Shown here: one piece after another, positions 37,301-52,300 of the stretch
Numbering within the stretch: the first letter of the stretch is position 1
Layout of the letters: the number at the start of each line of letters is the position of its first letter
From: Nemertoderma westbladi
Lineage: Eukaryota; Animalia; Xenacoelomorpha
NCBI GenBank assembly: GCA_032718475.1
Contig: JAUCBJ010008868.1
Span: 1-64,000, forward strand
Direction: 5' to 3'
Length of the DNA: 64,000 bases
The notes under the pieces: model-generated
Seen by the model: the letters and a program-made list of their open reading frames with translations, nothing else
What the model was told of the DNA's origin: nothing
Database searches by the model: none
Translations under genes and position numbers: made by a program

Positions 37301-40300
37301 TGTGGAAGATCACCAATGGTGGTGAACAGGCATTCCTTTAGGAAACATAATGGAAGGGTTTACTGTGGAAGAGATCACCCATGGTGGTGAACAGGCATTC
37401 CTTTAGGGAACAGAGTGGAAGGGTTTACTGTGGAAGATCACCCATGGTGGTGAACAGGCATTCCTTTAGGGAACAGAGTGGAAGGGTTTACTGTGGAAGA
37501 GATCACCCATGGTGGTGAACAGGCATTCCTTTAGGAAACATAATGGAAGGGTTTACTGTGGAAGATCACCAATGGTGGTGAACAGGCATTCCTATAGGAA
37601 ACATAATGGAAGGGTTTACTGTGGAAGAGATCACCCATGGTGGTGAACAGGCATTCCTTTGGGAAACAGAGTGGAAGGGTTTACTGCGGAAGATCACCCA
37701 TGGTGGTGAACAGGCATTCCTTTAGGAACGTGAGTGGAAGGGTTTACTGTGGAAGATCACCCATGGTGGTGAACAGGCATTCCTTTAGGGAACAGAGTGG
37801 AAGGGTTTACTGTGGAAGAGATCACTCATGGTGGTGAACAGGCATTCCTTTGGGAAACAGAGTGGAAGGCTTTACTGTGGAAGATCACCAATGGTGGTGA
37901 ACAGGCATTCCTTTAGGAAACATAATGGAAGGGTTTACTGTGGAAGAGATCACCCATGGTGGTGAACAGGCATTCCTTTGGGAAACAGAGTGGAAGGCTT
38001 TACTGTGGAAGATCACCAATGGTGGTGAACAGGCATTCCTTTAGGAAACATAATGGAAGGGTTTACTGTGGAAGATCACCCATGGTGGTGAACAGGCATT
38101 CCTTTAGGAAACATAATGGAAGGGTTTACTGTGGAAGAGATCACCCATGGTGGTAAACAGGCATTCCTTTAGGAACCAGAGTGGAAGGGTTTACTGTGGA
38201 AGATCACCCATTGTGGTGAACAGGCATTCCTTTAGGAAACAGAGTGGAAGGGTTTACTGTGGAAGAGATCACCCATGGTGGTGAACAGGCATTCCTTTAG
38301 GGAACAGAGTGGAAGGGTTTACTGAGGAAGATCACTCATGGTGGTGAACAGGCATTCCTTTGGGAAACAGAGTGGAAGGGTTTACTGCGGAAGATCACCC
38401 ATGGTGGTGAACAGGCATTCCTTTAGGAACCAGAGTGGAAGGGTTTATTGTGGAAGAGATCACCCATGGTAGTGAACAGGCATTCCTTTAGGAAACAGAG
38501 TGGAAGGGTTTACTGTGGAAGATCACCCATGGTGGTGAACAGGCATTCCTTTAGGAAACACAATGGAAGGGTTTACTGTGGAAGAGATCACCCATGGTGG
38601 TGAACAGGCATTCCTTTAGGAACCAGAGTGGAAGGGTTTACTGTGGAAGATCACCCATGGTGGTGAACAGGCATTCCTTTGGGAAACAGAGTGGAAGGGT
38701 TTACTGTGGAAGATCACCCATGGTGGTGAACAGACATTCCTTTAGGAACCAGAGTGGAAGGGTTTACTGTGGAAGATCACCCATGGTGGTGAACAGACAT
38801 TCCTTTAGGAACCAGAGTGGAAGGGTTTACTGTGGAAGATCACCCATGGTGGTGAACAGGCATTCCTTTAGGAAACAGAGTGGAAGGGTTTACTGTGGAA
38901 GATCACCCATGGTGGTGAACAGACATTCCTTTAGGAACCAGAGTGGAAGGGTTTACTGTGGAAGATCACCCATGGTGGTGAACAGACATTCCTTTAGGAA
39001 CCAGAGTGGAAGGGTTTACTGTGGAAGATCACCCATGGTGGTGAACAGGCATTCCTTTAGGAAACACAATGGAAGGGTTTACTGTGGAAGAGATCACCCA
39101 TGGTGGTGAACAGGCATTCCTTTAGGAAACAGAGTGGAAGGGTTTACTGTGGAAGATCACCCATGGTGGTGAACAGACATTCCTTTAGGAACCAGAGTGG
39201 AAGGGTTTACTGTGGAAGATCACCCATGGTGGTGAACAGGCATTCCTTTAGGAAACAGATTGGAAGGGTTTACTGTGGAAGATCACCCGTGGTGGTGAAC
39301 AGGCATTCCTTTAGGAAACACAATGGAAGGGTTTACTGTGGAAGAGATCACCCATGGTGGTGAACAGGCATTGCTTTAGGAAACAGAGTGGAAGGGTTTA
39401 CTGAGGAAGATCACCCATGGTGGTGAACAGGCATTCCTTTAGGAAACACAATGGAAGGGTTTACTGTGGAAGAGATCACCCATGGTGGTGAACAGGCATT
39501 CCTTTAGGAAACAGAGTGGAAGGGTTTAATGTGGAAGATCACCCATGGTGGTGAACAGGCATTCCTTTAGGATACAGAGTGGAAGGGTTTACTGTGGAAG
39601 ATCACCCATGGTGATGAACAGGCATTCCTTTGGGAAACAGAGTGGAAGGGTTTACTGCGGAAGATCACCCATGGTGGTGAACAGGCATTCCTTTAGGAAC
39701 CAGAGTGGAAGGGTTTACTGCGGAAGATCACCCATGGTGGTGAACAGGCATTCCTTTAGGAACCAGAGTGGAAGGGTTTATTGTGGAAGAGATCACCCAT
39801 GGTAGTGAACAGGCATTCCTTTAGGAAACAGAGTGGAAGGGTTTACTGTGGAAGATCACCCATGGTGGTGAACAGGCATTCCTTTAGGAAACACAATGGA
39901 AGGGTTTACTGTGGAAGAGATCACCCATGGTGGTGAACAGGCATTCCTTTAGGAACCAGAGTGGAAGGGATTACTGTGGAAGATCACCCATGGTGGTGAA
40001 CAGGCATTCCTTTGGGAAACAGAGTGGAAGGGTTTACTGTGGAAGATCACCCATAGTGGTGAACAGACATTCCTTTAGGAACCAGAGTGGAAGGGTTTAC
40101 TGTGGAAGATCACCCATGGTGGTGAACAGACATTCCTTTAGGAACCAGAGTGGAAGGGTTTACTGTGGAAGATCACCCATGGTGGTGAACAGGCATTCCT
40201 TTAGGAAACAGAGTGGAAGGGTTTACTGTGGAAGATCACCCATGGTGGTGAACAGACATTCCTTTAGGAACCAGAGTGGAAGGGTTTACTGTGGAAGATC

Positions 40301-43300
40301 ACCCATGGTGGTGAACAGACATTCCTTTAGGAACCAGAGTGGAAGGGTTTACTGTGGAAGATCACCCATGGTGGTGAACAGGCATTCCTTTAGGAAACAC
40401 AATGGAAGGGTTTACTGTGGAAGAGATCACCCATGGTGGTGAACAGGCATTCCTTTAGGAAACAGAGTGGAAGGGTTTACTGTGGAAGATCACCCATGGT
40501 GGTGAACAGACATTCCTTTAGGAACCAGAGTGGAAGGGTTTACTGTGGAAGATCACCCATGGTGGTGAACAGGCATTCCTTTAGGAAACACAATGGAAGG
40601 GTTTACTGTGGAAGAGATCACCCATGGTGGTGAACAGGCATTCCTTTGGGAAACAGAGTGGAAGGGTTTACTGCGGAAGATCACCCATGGTGGTGAACAG
40701 GCATTCCTTTAGGAACCAGAGTGGAAGGGTTTACTGTGGAAGATCACCCATGGTGGTGAACAGGCATTCCTTTAGGAACCAGAGTGGAAGGGTTTACTGT
40801 GGAAGATCACCCATGGTGGTGAACAGGCATTCCTTTAGGAACCAGAGTGGAAGGGTTTATTGTGGAAGAGATCACCCATGGTGGTGAACAGGCATTCCTT
40901 TAGGGAACAGAGTGGAAGGGTTTACTGTGGAAGATCACCCATGGTGGTGAACAGGCATTCCTTTAGGAAACATAATGGAAGGGTTTACTGTGGAAGATCA
41001 CCCATGGTGGTGAACAGGCATTCCTTTAGGGAACAGAGTGGAAGGGTTTACTGTGGAAGATCACCCATGGTGGTGAACAGGCATTCCTTTAGGAAACAGA
41101 GTAGAAGGGTTTACTGTGGAAGAGATCACCCATGGTGGTGAACAGGCATTCCTTTAGGGAACAGAGTGGAAGGGTTTACTGTGGAAGATCACCCATGGTG
41201 GTGAACAGGCATTCCTTTAGGGAACAGAGTGGAAGGGTTTACTGTGGAAGAGATCACCCATGGTGGTGAACAGGCATTCCTTTAGGGAACAGAGTGGAAG
41301 GGTTTACTGTGGAAGATCACCCATGGTGGTGAACAGGCATTCCTTTAGGAAACAGAGTGGAAGGGTTTACTGTGGAAGAGATCACCCATGGTGGTGAACA
41401 GGCATTCCTTTAGGGAACAGAGTGGAAGGGTTTACTGTGGAAGATCACCCATGGTGGTGAACAGGCATTCCTTTAGGAAACAGAGTGGAAGGGTTTACTG
41501 TGGAAGATCACCCATGGTGGTGAACAGGCATTCCTTTAGGAAACAGAGTGGAAGGGTTTACTGTGGAAGATCACCCATAGTGGTGAACAGGCATTCCTTT
41601 AGGAAGCAGAGTGGAAGGGTTTACTGTGGAAGAGATCACCCATGGTGGTGAACAGGCATTCCTTTAGGGAACAGAGGGGAAGGGTTTACTGTGGAAGATA
41701 TCACCCATGGTGGTGAACAGGCATTCCTTTAGGGAACAGAGTGGAAGGGTTTACTGTGGAAGATCACCCATGGTGGTGAACAGGCATTCCTTTAGGAAAC
41801 AGAGTGGAAGAGTTTACTGTGGAAGAGATCACCCATGGTGGTGAACAGGCATTCTTTTAGGGAACAGAGTGGAAGGGTTTACTGTGGAAGATCACCCATG
41901 GTGGTGAACAGGCATTCCTTTAGGGAACAGAGTGTAAGGGTTTACTGTGGAAGATCACCCATGGTGGTGAACAGGCATTCCTTTAAGAAACAGAGTGGAA
42001 GGCTTTACTGTGGAAGATCACCCATGGTGGTGAACAGGCATTCCTTTTGGAAACAGAGTGGAAGGGTTTACTGTGGAAGAGATCACCCATGGTGGTGAAC
42101 AGGCATTCCTTTAGGGAACAGAGTGGAAGGGTTTACTGTGGAAGATCACCCATGGTGGTGAACAGGCATTCCTTTAGGAACCAGAGTGGAAGGGTTTATT
42201 GTGGAAGAGATCACCCATGGTGGTGAACAGGCATTCCTTTAGGGAACAGAGTGGAAGGGTTTACTGTGGAAGATCACCCATGGTGGTGAACAGGCATTCC
42301 TTTAGGAACCAGAGTGGAAGGGTTTATTGTGGAAGAGATCACCCATGGTGGTGAACAGGCATTCCTTTTGGAAACAGAATGGAAGGGTTTACAGTGGAAG
42401 ATCACCAATGGTGGTGAACAGGCATTCCTTTTGGAAACAGAATGGAAGGGTTTACTGTGGAAGAGATCACCCATGGTGGTGAACAGGCATTCCTTTAGGG
42501 AACAGAGTGGAAGGGTTTACTGTGGAAGATCACCCATGGTGGTGAACAGGCATTCCTTTAGGAAACAGAGTGGAAGAGTTTACTGTGGAAGAGATCACCC
42601 ATGGTGGTGAACAGGCATTCTTTTAGGGAACAGAGTGGAAGGGTTTACTGTGGAAGATCACCCATGGTGGTGAACAGGCATTCCTTTAGGGAACAGAGTG
42701 TAAGGGTTTACTGTGGAAGATCACCCATGGTGGTGAACAGGCATTCCTTTAAGAAACAGAGTGGAAGGCTTTACTGTGGAAGATCACCCATGGTGGTGAA
42801 CAGGCATTCCTTTTGGAAACAGAGTGGAAGGGTTTACTGTGGAAGAGATCACCCATGGTGGTGAACAGGCATTCCTTTAGGGAACAGAGTGGAAGGGTTT
42901 ACTGTGGAAGATCACCCATGGTGGTGAACAGGCATTCCTTTAGGAACCAGAGTGGAAGGGTTTATTGTGGAAGAGATCACCCATGGTGGTGAACAGGCAT
43001 TCCTTTAGGGAACAGAGTGGAAGGGTTTACTGTGGAAGATCACCCATGGTGGTGAACAGGCATTCCTTTAGGAACCAGAGTGGAAGGGTTTATTGTGGAA
43101 GAGATCACCCATGGTGGTGAACAGGCATTCCTTTTGGAAACAGAATGGAAGGGTTTACAGTGGAAGATCACCAATGGTGGTGAACAGGCATTCCTTTTGG
43201 AAACAGAATGGAAGGGTTTACTGTGGAAGATCACCCATGGTGGTGAACAGGCATTCCTTTAGGAACCAGAGTGGAAGGGTTTATTGTGGAAGAGATCACC

Positions 43301-46300
43301 CATGGTGGTGAACAGGCATTCCTTTTGGAAACAGAATGGAAGGGTTTACTGTGGAAGATCACCCATGGTGGTGAACAGGCATTCCTTTAGGAACCAGAGT
43401 GGAAGGGTTTACTGTGGAAGAGATCACCCATGGTGGTGAACAGGCATTCCTTTTGGAAACAGAATGGAAGGGTTTACAGTGGAAGATCACCAATGGTGGT
43501 GAACAGGCATTCCTTTGGGAAACAGAGTGGAAGGGTTTACTGTGGAAGATCACCCATGGTGGTGAACAGGCATTCCTTTAGGAACGAGAGTGGAAGGGTT
43601 TACTGTGGAAGATCACCCATGGTTTGTGAACAGGCATTCCTTTAGGAACGAGAGTGGAAGGGTTTACTGTGGAAGATCACCCATGGTGGTGAACAGGCAT
43701 TCCTTTAGGAAACAGAATGGAAGGGTTTACTGTGGAAGATCAACCATGGTGGTGAACAGGCATTCCTTTAGGAACCAGAGTGGAAGGGTTTACTGTGGAA
43801 GATCACCAATGGTGGTGAACAGGCATTCCTTTAGGAACGAGAGTGGAAGGGTTTACTGTGGAAGATCACCCATGGTGGTGAACAGGCATTCCTTTAGGAA
43901 ACAGAGTGGAAGGGTTTACTGTGGAAGATCACCCATGGTGGTGAACAGGCATTCCTTTTGGAAACAGAATGAAAGGGTTTACAGTGGAAGATCACCAATG
44001 GTGGTGAACAGGCATTCCTTTAGGAAACAGAGTGGAAGGGTTTACTGTGGAAGAGATCACCCATGGCGGTGAACAGACATTCCTTTGGGAAACAGAGTGG
44101 AAGGGTTTACTGTGGAAGATCACCCATGGTGGTGAACAGGCATTCCTTTAAGAAACAGAGTGGAAGGGTTTACTGTGGAAGATCACCAATGGTGGTGAAC
44201 AGGCATTCCTTTAGGAACGAGAGTGGAAGGGTTTACTGTGGAAGATCACCCATGGTGGTGAACAGGCATTCCTTTTGGAAACAGAATGAAAGGGTTTACA
44301 GTGGAAGATCACCAATGGTGGTGAACAGGCATTCCTTTGGGAAACAGAGTGGAAGGGTTTACTGTGGAAGATCACCCATGGTGGTGAACAGGCATTCCTT
44401 TAGGGAACAGAGTGGAAGGATTTACTGTGGAAGATCACCAATGGTGGTGAACAGGCATTCCTTTGGGAAACAGAGTGGAAGGGTTTACTGTGGAAGATCA
44501 CCAATGGTGGTGAACAGGCATTCCTTTAGGAACGAGAGTGGAAGGGTTTACTGTGGAAGATCACCAATGGTGGTGAACAGGCATTCCTTTAGGAACGAGA
44601 GTGGAAGGGTTTACTGTGGAAGATCACCCATGGTGGTGAACAGGCATTCCTTTTGGAAACAGAATGAAAGGGTTTACAGTGGAAGATCACCAATGGTGGT
44701 GAACAGGCATTCCTTTGGGAAACAGAGTGGAGGGGAGTACTGTGGAAGATCACCCATGGTAGTGAACAGGCATTCCTTTAGGAACCAGAGTGGAAGGGTT
44801 TACTGTGGAAGATCACCCATGGTGGTGAACAGGCATTCCTTTTGGAAACAGAATGAAAGGGTTTACAGTGGAAGATCACCAATGGTGGTGAACAGGCATT
44901 CCTTTGGGAAACAGAGTGGAAGGGTTTACTGTGGAAGATCACCCATGGTGGTGAACAGGCATTCCTTTTGGAAACAGAATGAAAGGGTTTACAGTGGAAG
45001 ATCACCAATGGTGGTGAACAGGCATTCCTTTGGGAAACAGAGTGGAAGGGTTTACTGTGGAAGATCACCCATGGTGGTGAACAGGCATTCCTTTAGGAAC
45101 GAGAGTGGAAGGGTTTACTGTGGAAGATCACCCATGGTGGTGAACAGCCATTCCTTTAGGAAACAGAGTGGAAGGGTTTACTGTGGAAGATCACCCATGG
45201 TGGTGAACAGGCATTCCTTTAGGAAACAGAGTGGAAGGGTTTACTGTGGAAGAGATCACCCATGGTGGTGAACAGGCATTCCTTTAGGAAACAGAATGGA
45301 AGGGTTTACTGTGGAAGATCACCCATGGTGGTGAACAGGCATTCCTTTAGGAACCAGAGTGGAAGGGTTTACTGTGGAAGATCACCCATGGTGGTGAACA
45401 GGCATTCCTTTAGGAACGAGAGTGGAAGGGTTTACTGTAGAAGATCACCCATGGTGGTGAACAGGCATTCCTTTAGGAAACAGAGTAGAAGGGTTTACTG
45501 TGGAAGATCACCCATGCTGGTGAACAGGCATTCCTTTAGGAACGAGAGTGGAAGGGTTTACTGTGGAAGATCACCCATGGTGGTGAACAGGCATTCCTTT
45601 AGGAAACAAATGGAAGGGATTACTGTGGAAGATCACCCATGGTGGTGAACAGGCATTCCTTTAGGAACGAGAGTGGAAGGGTTTACTGTGGAAGATCACC
45701 AATGGTGGTGAACAGGCATGCCTTTAGGAAACAGAGTGGAGGGGTTTACTGTGGAAGATCACCCATGGTAGTGAACAGGCATTCCTTTAGGAACCAGAGT
45801 GGAAGGGTTAACTGTGGAAGATCTCCCAACGTGGTGGACAGGCATTCCTTTAGGAAACAGAGTGGAAGGGTTTACTGTTGAAGATCACCCATGGTGGTGA
45901 ACAGACATTCCTTTAGGAACCAGAGTGGAAGGGTTTACTGTGGAAGATCACCCATGGTGGTGAACAGGCATTCCTTTAGGAAACACAATGGAAGGGTTTA
46001 CTGTGGAAGAGATCACCCATGGTGGTGAACAGGCATTCCTTTAGGAAACATAATGGAAGGGTTTACTGTGGAAGAGATCACCCATGGTGGTGAACAGGCA
46101 TTCCTTTGGGAAACAGAGTGGAAGGGTTTACTGCGGAAGATCACCCATGGTGGTGAACAGGCATTCCTTTAGGAACCAGAGTGGAAGGGTTTATTGTGGA
46201 AGAGATCACCCATGGTGGTAAACAGGCATTCCTTTAGGAAACAGAGTGGAAGGGTTTACTGTGGAAGATCACCCATAGTGGTGAACAGGCATTCCTTTAG

Positions 46301-49300
46301 GAACCAGAGTGGAAGGGTTTATTGTGGAAGAGATCACCCATGGTGGTGAACAGGCATTCCTTTAGGGAACAGAGTGGAAGGGTTTACTGTGGAAGATCAC
46401 CCATGGTGGTGAACAGGCATTCCTTTAGGAACCAGAGTGGAAGGGTTTATTGTGGAAGAGATCACCCATGGTGGTGAACAGGCATTCCTTTAGGGAACAG
46501 AGTGGAAGGGTTTACTGTGGAAGATCACCCATGGTGGTGAACAGGCATTCCTTTAGGGAACAGAGTGGAAGGGTTTACTGTGGAAGATCACCCATAGTGG
46601 TGAACAGGCATTCCTTTAGGGAACAGAGTGGAAGGGTTTACTGTGGAAGATCACCCATGGTGGTGAACAGGCATTCCTTTAGGAACCAGAGTGGAAGGGT
46701 TTATTGTGGAAGAGATCACCCATGGTGGTGAACAGGCATTCCTTTAGGGAACAGAGTGGAAGGGTTTACTGTGGAAGATCACCCATGGTGGTGAACAGGC
46801 ATTCCTTTAGGGAACAGAGTGGAAGGGTTTACTGTGGAAGAGATCACCCATGGTGGTGAACAGGCATTCCTTTAGGGAACAGAGTGGAAGGGTTTACTGT
46901 GGAAGATCACCCATGGTGGTGAACAGGCATTCCTTTAGGGAACAGAGTGGAAGGGTTTACTGTGGAAGATCACCAATGGTGATGGACAGGCATTCCTTTA
47001 GGAAACAGAGTGGAAGGGTTTACTGTGGAAGAGATCACCCATGGTGGTGAACAGGCATTCCGTTAGGAAACAGAGTGGAAGGGTTTACTGTGGAAGATCA
47101 CCCATGGTGGTGAACAGGCATTCCTTTAGGAACCAGAGTGGAAGGGTTTACTGTGGAAGATCACCCATGGTGGTGAACAGGCATTCCTTTAGGGAACAGA
47201 GTGGAAGGGTTTACTGTGGAAGATCACCCATGGTGGTGAACAGGCATTCCTTTTGGAAACAGAGTGGAAGGGTTTACTGTGGAAGAGATCACCCATGGTG
47301 GTGAACAGGCATTCCTTTAGGGAACAGAGTGGAAGGGTTTACTGTGGAAGATCACCCATGGTGGTGAACAGGCATTCCTTTAGGAACCAGAGTGGAAGGG
47401 TTTACTGTGGAAGATCACCCATGGTGGTGAACAGGCATTCCTTTAGGGAACAGAGTGGAAGGCTTTACTGTGGAAGATCACCCATGGTGGTGAACAGGCA
47501 TTCCTTTAGGGAACAGAGTGGAAGGGTTTACTGTGGAAGATCACCCATGGTGGTGAACAGGCATTCCTTTAGGAACCAGAGTGGAAGGGTTTACTGTGGA
47601 AGATCACCCATGGTGGTGAACAGGCATTCCTTTAAGAAACAGAGTGGAAGGCTTTACTGTGGAAGATCACCCATGGTGGTGAACAGGCATTCCTTTAGGA
47701 AACAGAGTGTAAGGGTTTACTGTGGAAGATCACCCATGGTGGTGAACAGGCATTCCTTTAGGGAACAGAGTGGAAGGGTTTACTGTGGAAGATCACCCAT
47801 GGTGGTGAACAGGCATTCCTTTAGGGAACAGAGTGTAAGGGTTTACCGTGGAAGATCACCCATGGTGGTGAACAGGCATTCCTTTAAGAAACAGAGTGGA
47901 AGGCTTTACTGTGGAAGATCACCCATGGTGGTGAACAGGCATTCCTTTAGGGAACAGAGTGGAAGGGTTTACTGTGGAAGATCACCCATGGTGGTGAACA
48001 GGCATTCCTTTAGGGAACAGAGTGGAAGGGTTTACTGTGGAAGAGATCACCCATGGTGGTGAACAGGCATTCCTTTAGGGAACAGAGTGGAAGGGTTTAC
48101 TGTGGAAGATCACCCATGGTGGTGAACAGGCATTCCTTTAGGAACCAGAGTGGAAGGGTTTACTGTGGAAGATCACCCATGGTGGTGAACAGGCATTCCT
48201 TTAGGGAACAGAGTGTAAGGGTTTACTGTGGAAGATCACCCATGGTGGTGAACAGGCATTCCTTTAAGAAACAGAGATGAAGGCTTTACTGTGGAAGATC
48301 ACCCATGGTGGTGAACAGGCATTCCTTTAGGGAACAGAGTGGAAGGGTTTACTGTGGAAGATCACCCATGGTGGTGAACAGGCATTCCTTTAGGAACCAG
48401 AGTGGAAGGGTTTACTGTGGAAGATCACCCATGGTGGTGAACAGGCATTCCTTTAGGAACCAGAGTGGAAGGGTTTATTGTGGAAGAGATCACCCATGGT
48501 GGTGAACAGGCATTCCTTTTGGAAACAGAATGGAAGGGTTTACAGTGGAAGATCACCAATGGTGGTGAACAGGCATTCCTTTAGGAACCAGAGTGGAAGG
48601 GTTTACTGTGGAAGAGATCACCCATGGTGGTGAACAGGCATTCCTTTTGGAAACAGAATGGAAGGGTTTACAGTGGAAGATCACCAATGGTGGTGAACAG
48701 GCATTCCTTTGGGAAACAGAGTGGAAGGGTTTACTGTGGAAGATCACCCATGGTGGTGAACAGGCATTCCTTTAGGAACGAGAGTGGAAGGGTTTACTGT
48801 GGAAGATCACCCATGGTGGTGAACAGGCATTCCTTTAGGAACGAGAGTGGAAGGGTTTACTGAGGAAGATCACCCATGGTGGTGAACAGCCATTCCTTTA
48901 GGAAACAGAGGGAAGGGTTTACTGTGGAAGATCACCAATGGTGGTGAACAGGCATTCCTTTAGGAAACAGAGTGGAGGGGTGTACTGTGGAAGATCACCC
49001 ATGGTAGTGAACAGGCATTCCTTTGGGAACCAGAGTGGAAGGGTTTAATGTGGAAGACCAGCCATGGTGGTGGACAGGCATTCCTTTAGGAAACAGAGTG
49101 GAAGGGTTTACTGTGGAAGATCACCCATGGTGGTGAACAGGCATTCCTTTAGGAACCAGACTGGAAGGGTTTACTGTGGAAGATCACCCATGGTGGTGAA
49201 CAGGCATTCCTTTAGGAACCAGAGTGGAAGGGTTAACTGTGGAAGATCACCCATGGTGGTGAACAGGCATTCCTTTAGGAAACAGAGTGGAAGGGTTTAC

Positions 49301-52300
49301 TGAGGAAGAGATCACCCATGGTGGTGAAAAGGCATTCCTTTAGGAAACAGAATGGAAGGGTTTACTGTGGAAGATCACCCATGGTAGTGAACAGGCATTC
49401 CTTCAGGAACCAGAGTGGAAGGGTTTACTGTGGAAGATCACCCATGGTGGTGAACCGACATTCCTTTAGGAACGAGAGTGGAAGGGTTTACTGTAGAAGT
49501 TCACCCGTGGTGGTGAACAGGCATTCCTTTAGGAAACAGAGTGGAAGGGTTTACTGAGGAAGAGATCACCCATGGTGGTGAAAAGGCATTCCTTTAGGAA
49601 ACAGAATGGAAGGGTTTACTGTGGAAGATCACCCATGGTGGTGAACAGGCATTCCTTTAGGAACCAGAGTGGAAGGGTTTACTGTGGAAGATCACCCATG
49701 GTGGTGAACAGACATTCCTTTAGGAACGAGAGTGGAAGGGTTTACTGTAGAAGTTCACCCATGGTGGTGAACAGGCATTCCTTTAGGAAACAGAGTGGAA
49801 GGGTTTACTGAGGAAGAGATCACCCATGGTGGTGAAAAGGCATTCCTTTAGGAAACAGAATGGAAGGGTTTACTGTGGAAGATCACCCATGGTGGTGAAC
49901 AGGCATTCCTTTAGGAACCAGAGTGGAAGGGTTTACTGTGGAAGATCACCCATGGTGGTGAACAGGCATTCCTTTAGGAAACAGAGTGGAAGGGTTTACT
50001 GTGGAAGATCACCAATGGCGGAGAACAGGCATTCCTTTAGGAAACAGAGTGGAAGGGTTTACTGTGGAAGATCACCCATGGTGGTGAACAGGCATTCCTT
50101 TAGGAACCAGAGTGGAAGGGTTTATTGTGGAAGAGATCACCCATGGTGGTGAACAGGCATTCCTTTAGGAACCAGAGTGGAAGGGTTTATTGTGGAAGAG
50201 ATCACCCATGGTGGTGAACAGGCATTCCTTTAGGGAACAGAGTGGAAGGGTTTACTGTGGAAGATCACCCATGGTGGTGAACAGGCATTCCTTTAGGAAC
50301 CAGAGTGGAAGGGTTTATTGTGGAAGAGATCACCCATGGTGGTGAACAGGCATTCCTTTAGGGAACAGAGTGGAAGGGTTTACTGTGGAAGATCACCCAT
50401 GGTGGTGAACAGGCATTCCTTTAGGGAACAGAGTGGAAGGGTTTACGGTGGAAGATCACCCATAGTGGTGAACAGGCATTCCTTTAGGGAACAGAGTGGA
50501 AGGGTTTACTGTGGAAGATCACCCATGGTGGTGAACAGGCATTCCTTTAGGAACCAGAGTGGAAGGGTTTATTGTGGAAGAGATCACCCATGGTGGTGAA
50601 CAGGCATTCCTTTAGGGAACAGAGTGGAAGGGTTTACTGTGGAAGATCACCCATGGTGGTGAACAGGCATTCCTTTAGGGAACAGAGTGGAAGGGTTTAC
50701 TGTGGAAGAGATCACCCATGGTGGTGAACAGGCATTCCTTTAGGGAACAGAGTGGAAGGGTTTACTGTGGAAGATCACCCATGGTGGTGAACAGGCATTC
50801 CTTTAGGGAACAGAGTGGAAGGGTTTACTGTGGAAGATCACCAATGGTGATGGACAGGCATTCCTTTAGGAAACAGAGTGGAAGGGTTTACTGTGGAAGA
50901 GATCACCCATGGTGGTGAACAGGCATTCCGTTAGGAAACAGAGTGGAAGGGTTTACTGTGGAAGATCACCCATGGTGGTGAACAGGCATTCCTTTAGGAA
51001 CCAGAGTGGAAGGGTTTACTGTGGAAGATCACCCATGGTGGTGAACAGGCATTCCTTTGGGAAACAGAGTGGAAGGGTTTACTGTGGAAGATCACCCATG
51101 GTGGTGAACAGGCATTCCTTTAGGAACGAGAGTGGAAGGGTTTACTGTGGAAGATCACCCATGGTGGTGAACAGGCATTCCTTTAGGAACGAGAGTGGAA
51201 GGGTTTACTGAGGAAGATCACCCATGGTGGTGAACAGCCATTCCTTTAGGAAACAGAGTGGAAGGGTTTACTGTGGAAGATCACCAATGGTGGTGAACAG
51301 GCATTCCTTTAGGAAACAGAGTGGAGGGGTGTACTGTGGAAGATCACCCATGGTAGTGAACAGGCATTCCTTTGGGAACCAGAGTGGAAGGGTTTAATGT
51401 GGAAGACCACCCATGGTGGTGGACAGGCATTCCTTTAGGAAACAGAGTGGAAGGGTTTACTGTGGAAGATCACCCATGGTGGTGAACAGGCATTCCTTTA
51501 GGAACCAGACTGGAAGGGTTTACTGTGGAAGATCACCCATGGTGGTGAACAGGCATTCCTTTAGGAACCAGAGTGGAAGGGTTAACTGTGGAAGATCACC
51601 CATGGTGGTGAACAGGCATTCCTTTAGGAAACAGAGTGGAAGGGTTTACTGAGGAAGAGATCACCCATGGTGGTGAAAAGGCATTCCTTTAGGAAACAGA
51701 ATGGAAGGGTTTACTGTGGAAGATCACCCATGGTAGTGAACAGGCATTCCTTCAGGAACCAGAGTGGAAGGGTTTACTGTGGAAGATCACCCATGGTGGT
51801 GAACCGACATTCCTTTAGGAACGAGAGTGGAAGGGTTTACTGTAGAAGTTCACCCGTGGTGGTGAACAGGCATTCCTTTAGGAAACAGAGTGGAAGGGTT
51901 TACTGAGGAAGAGATCACCCATGGTGGTGAAAAGGCATTCCTTTAGGAAACAGAATGGAAGGGTTTACTGTGGAAGATCACCCATGGTGGTGAACAGGCA
52001 TTCCTTTAGGAACCAGAGTGGAAGGGTTTACTGTGGAAGATCACCCATGGTGGTGAACAGACATTCCTTTAGGAACGAGAGTGGAAGGGTTTACTGTAGA
52101 AGTTCACCCATGGTGGTGAACAGGCATTCCTTTAGGAAACAGAGTGGAAGGGTTTACTGAGGAAGAGATCACCCATGGTGGTGAAAAGGCATTCCTTTAG
52201 GAAACAGAATGGAAGGGTTTACTGTGGAAGATCACCCATGGTGGTGAACAGGCATTCCTTTAGGAACCAGAGTGGAAGGGTTTACTGTGGAAGATCACCC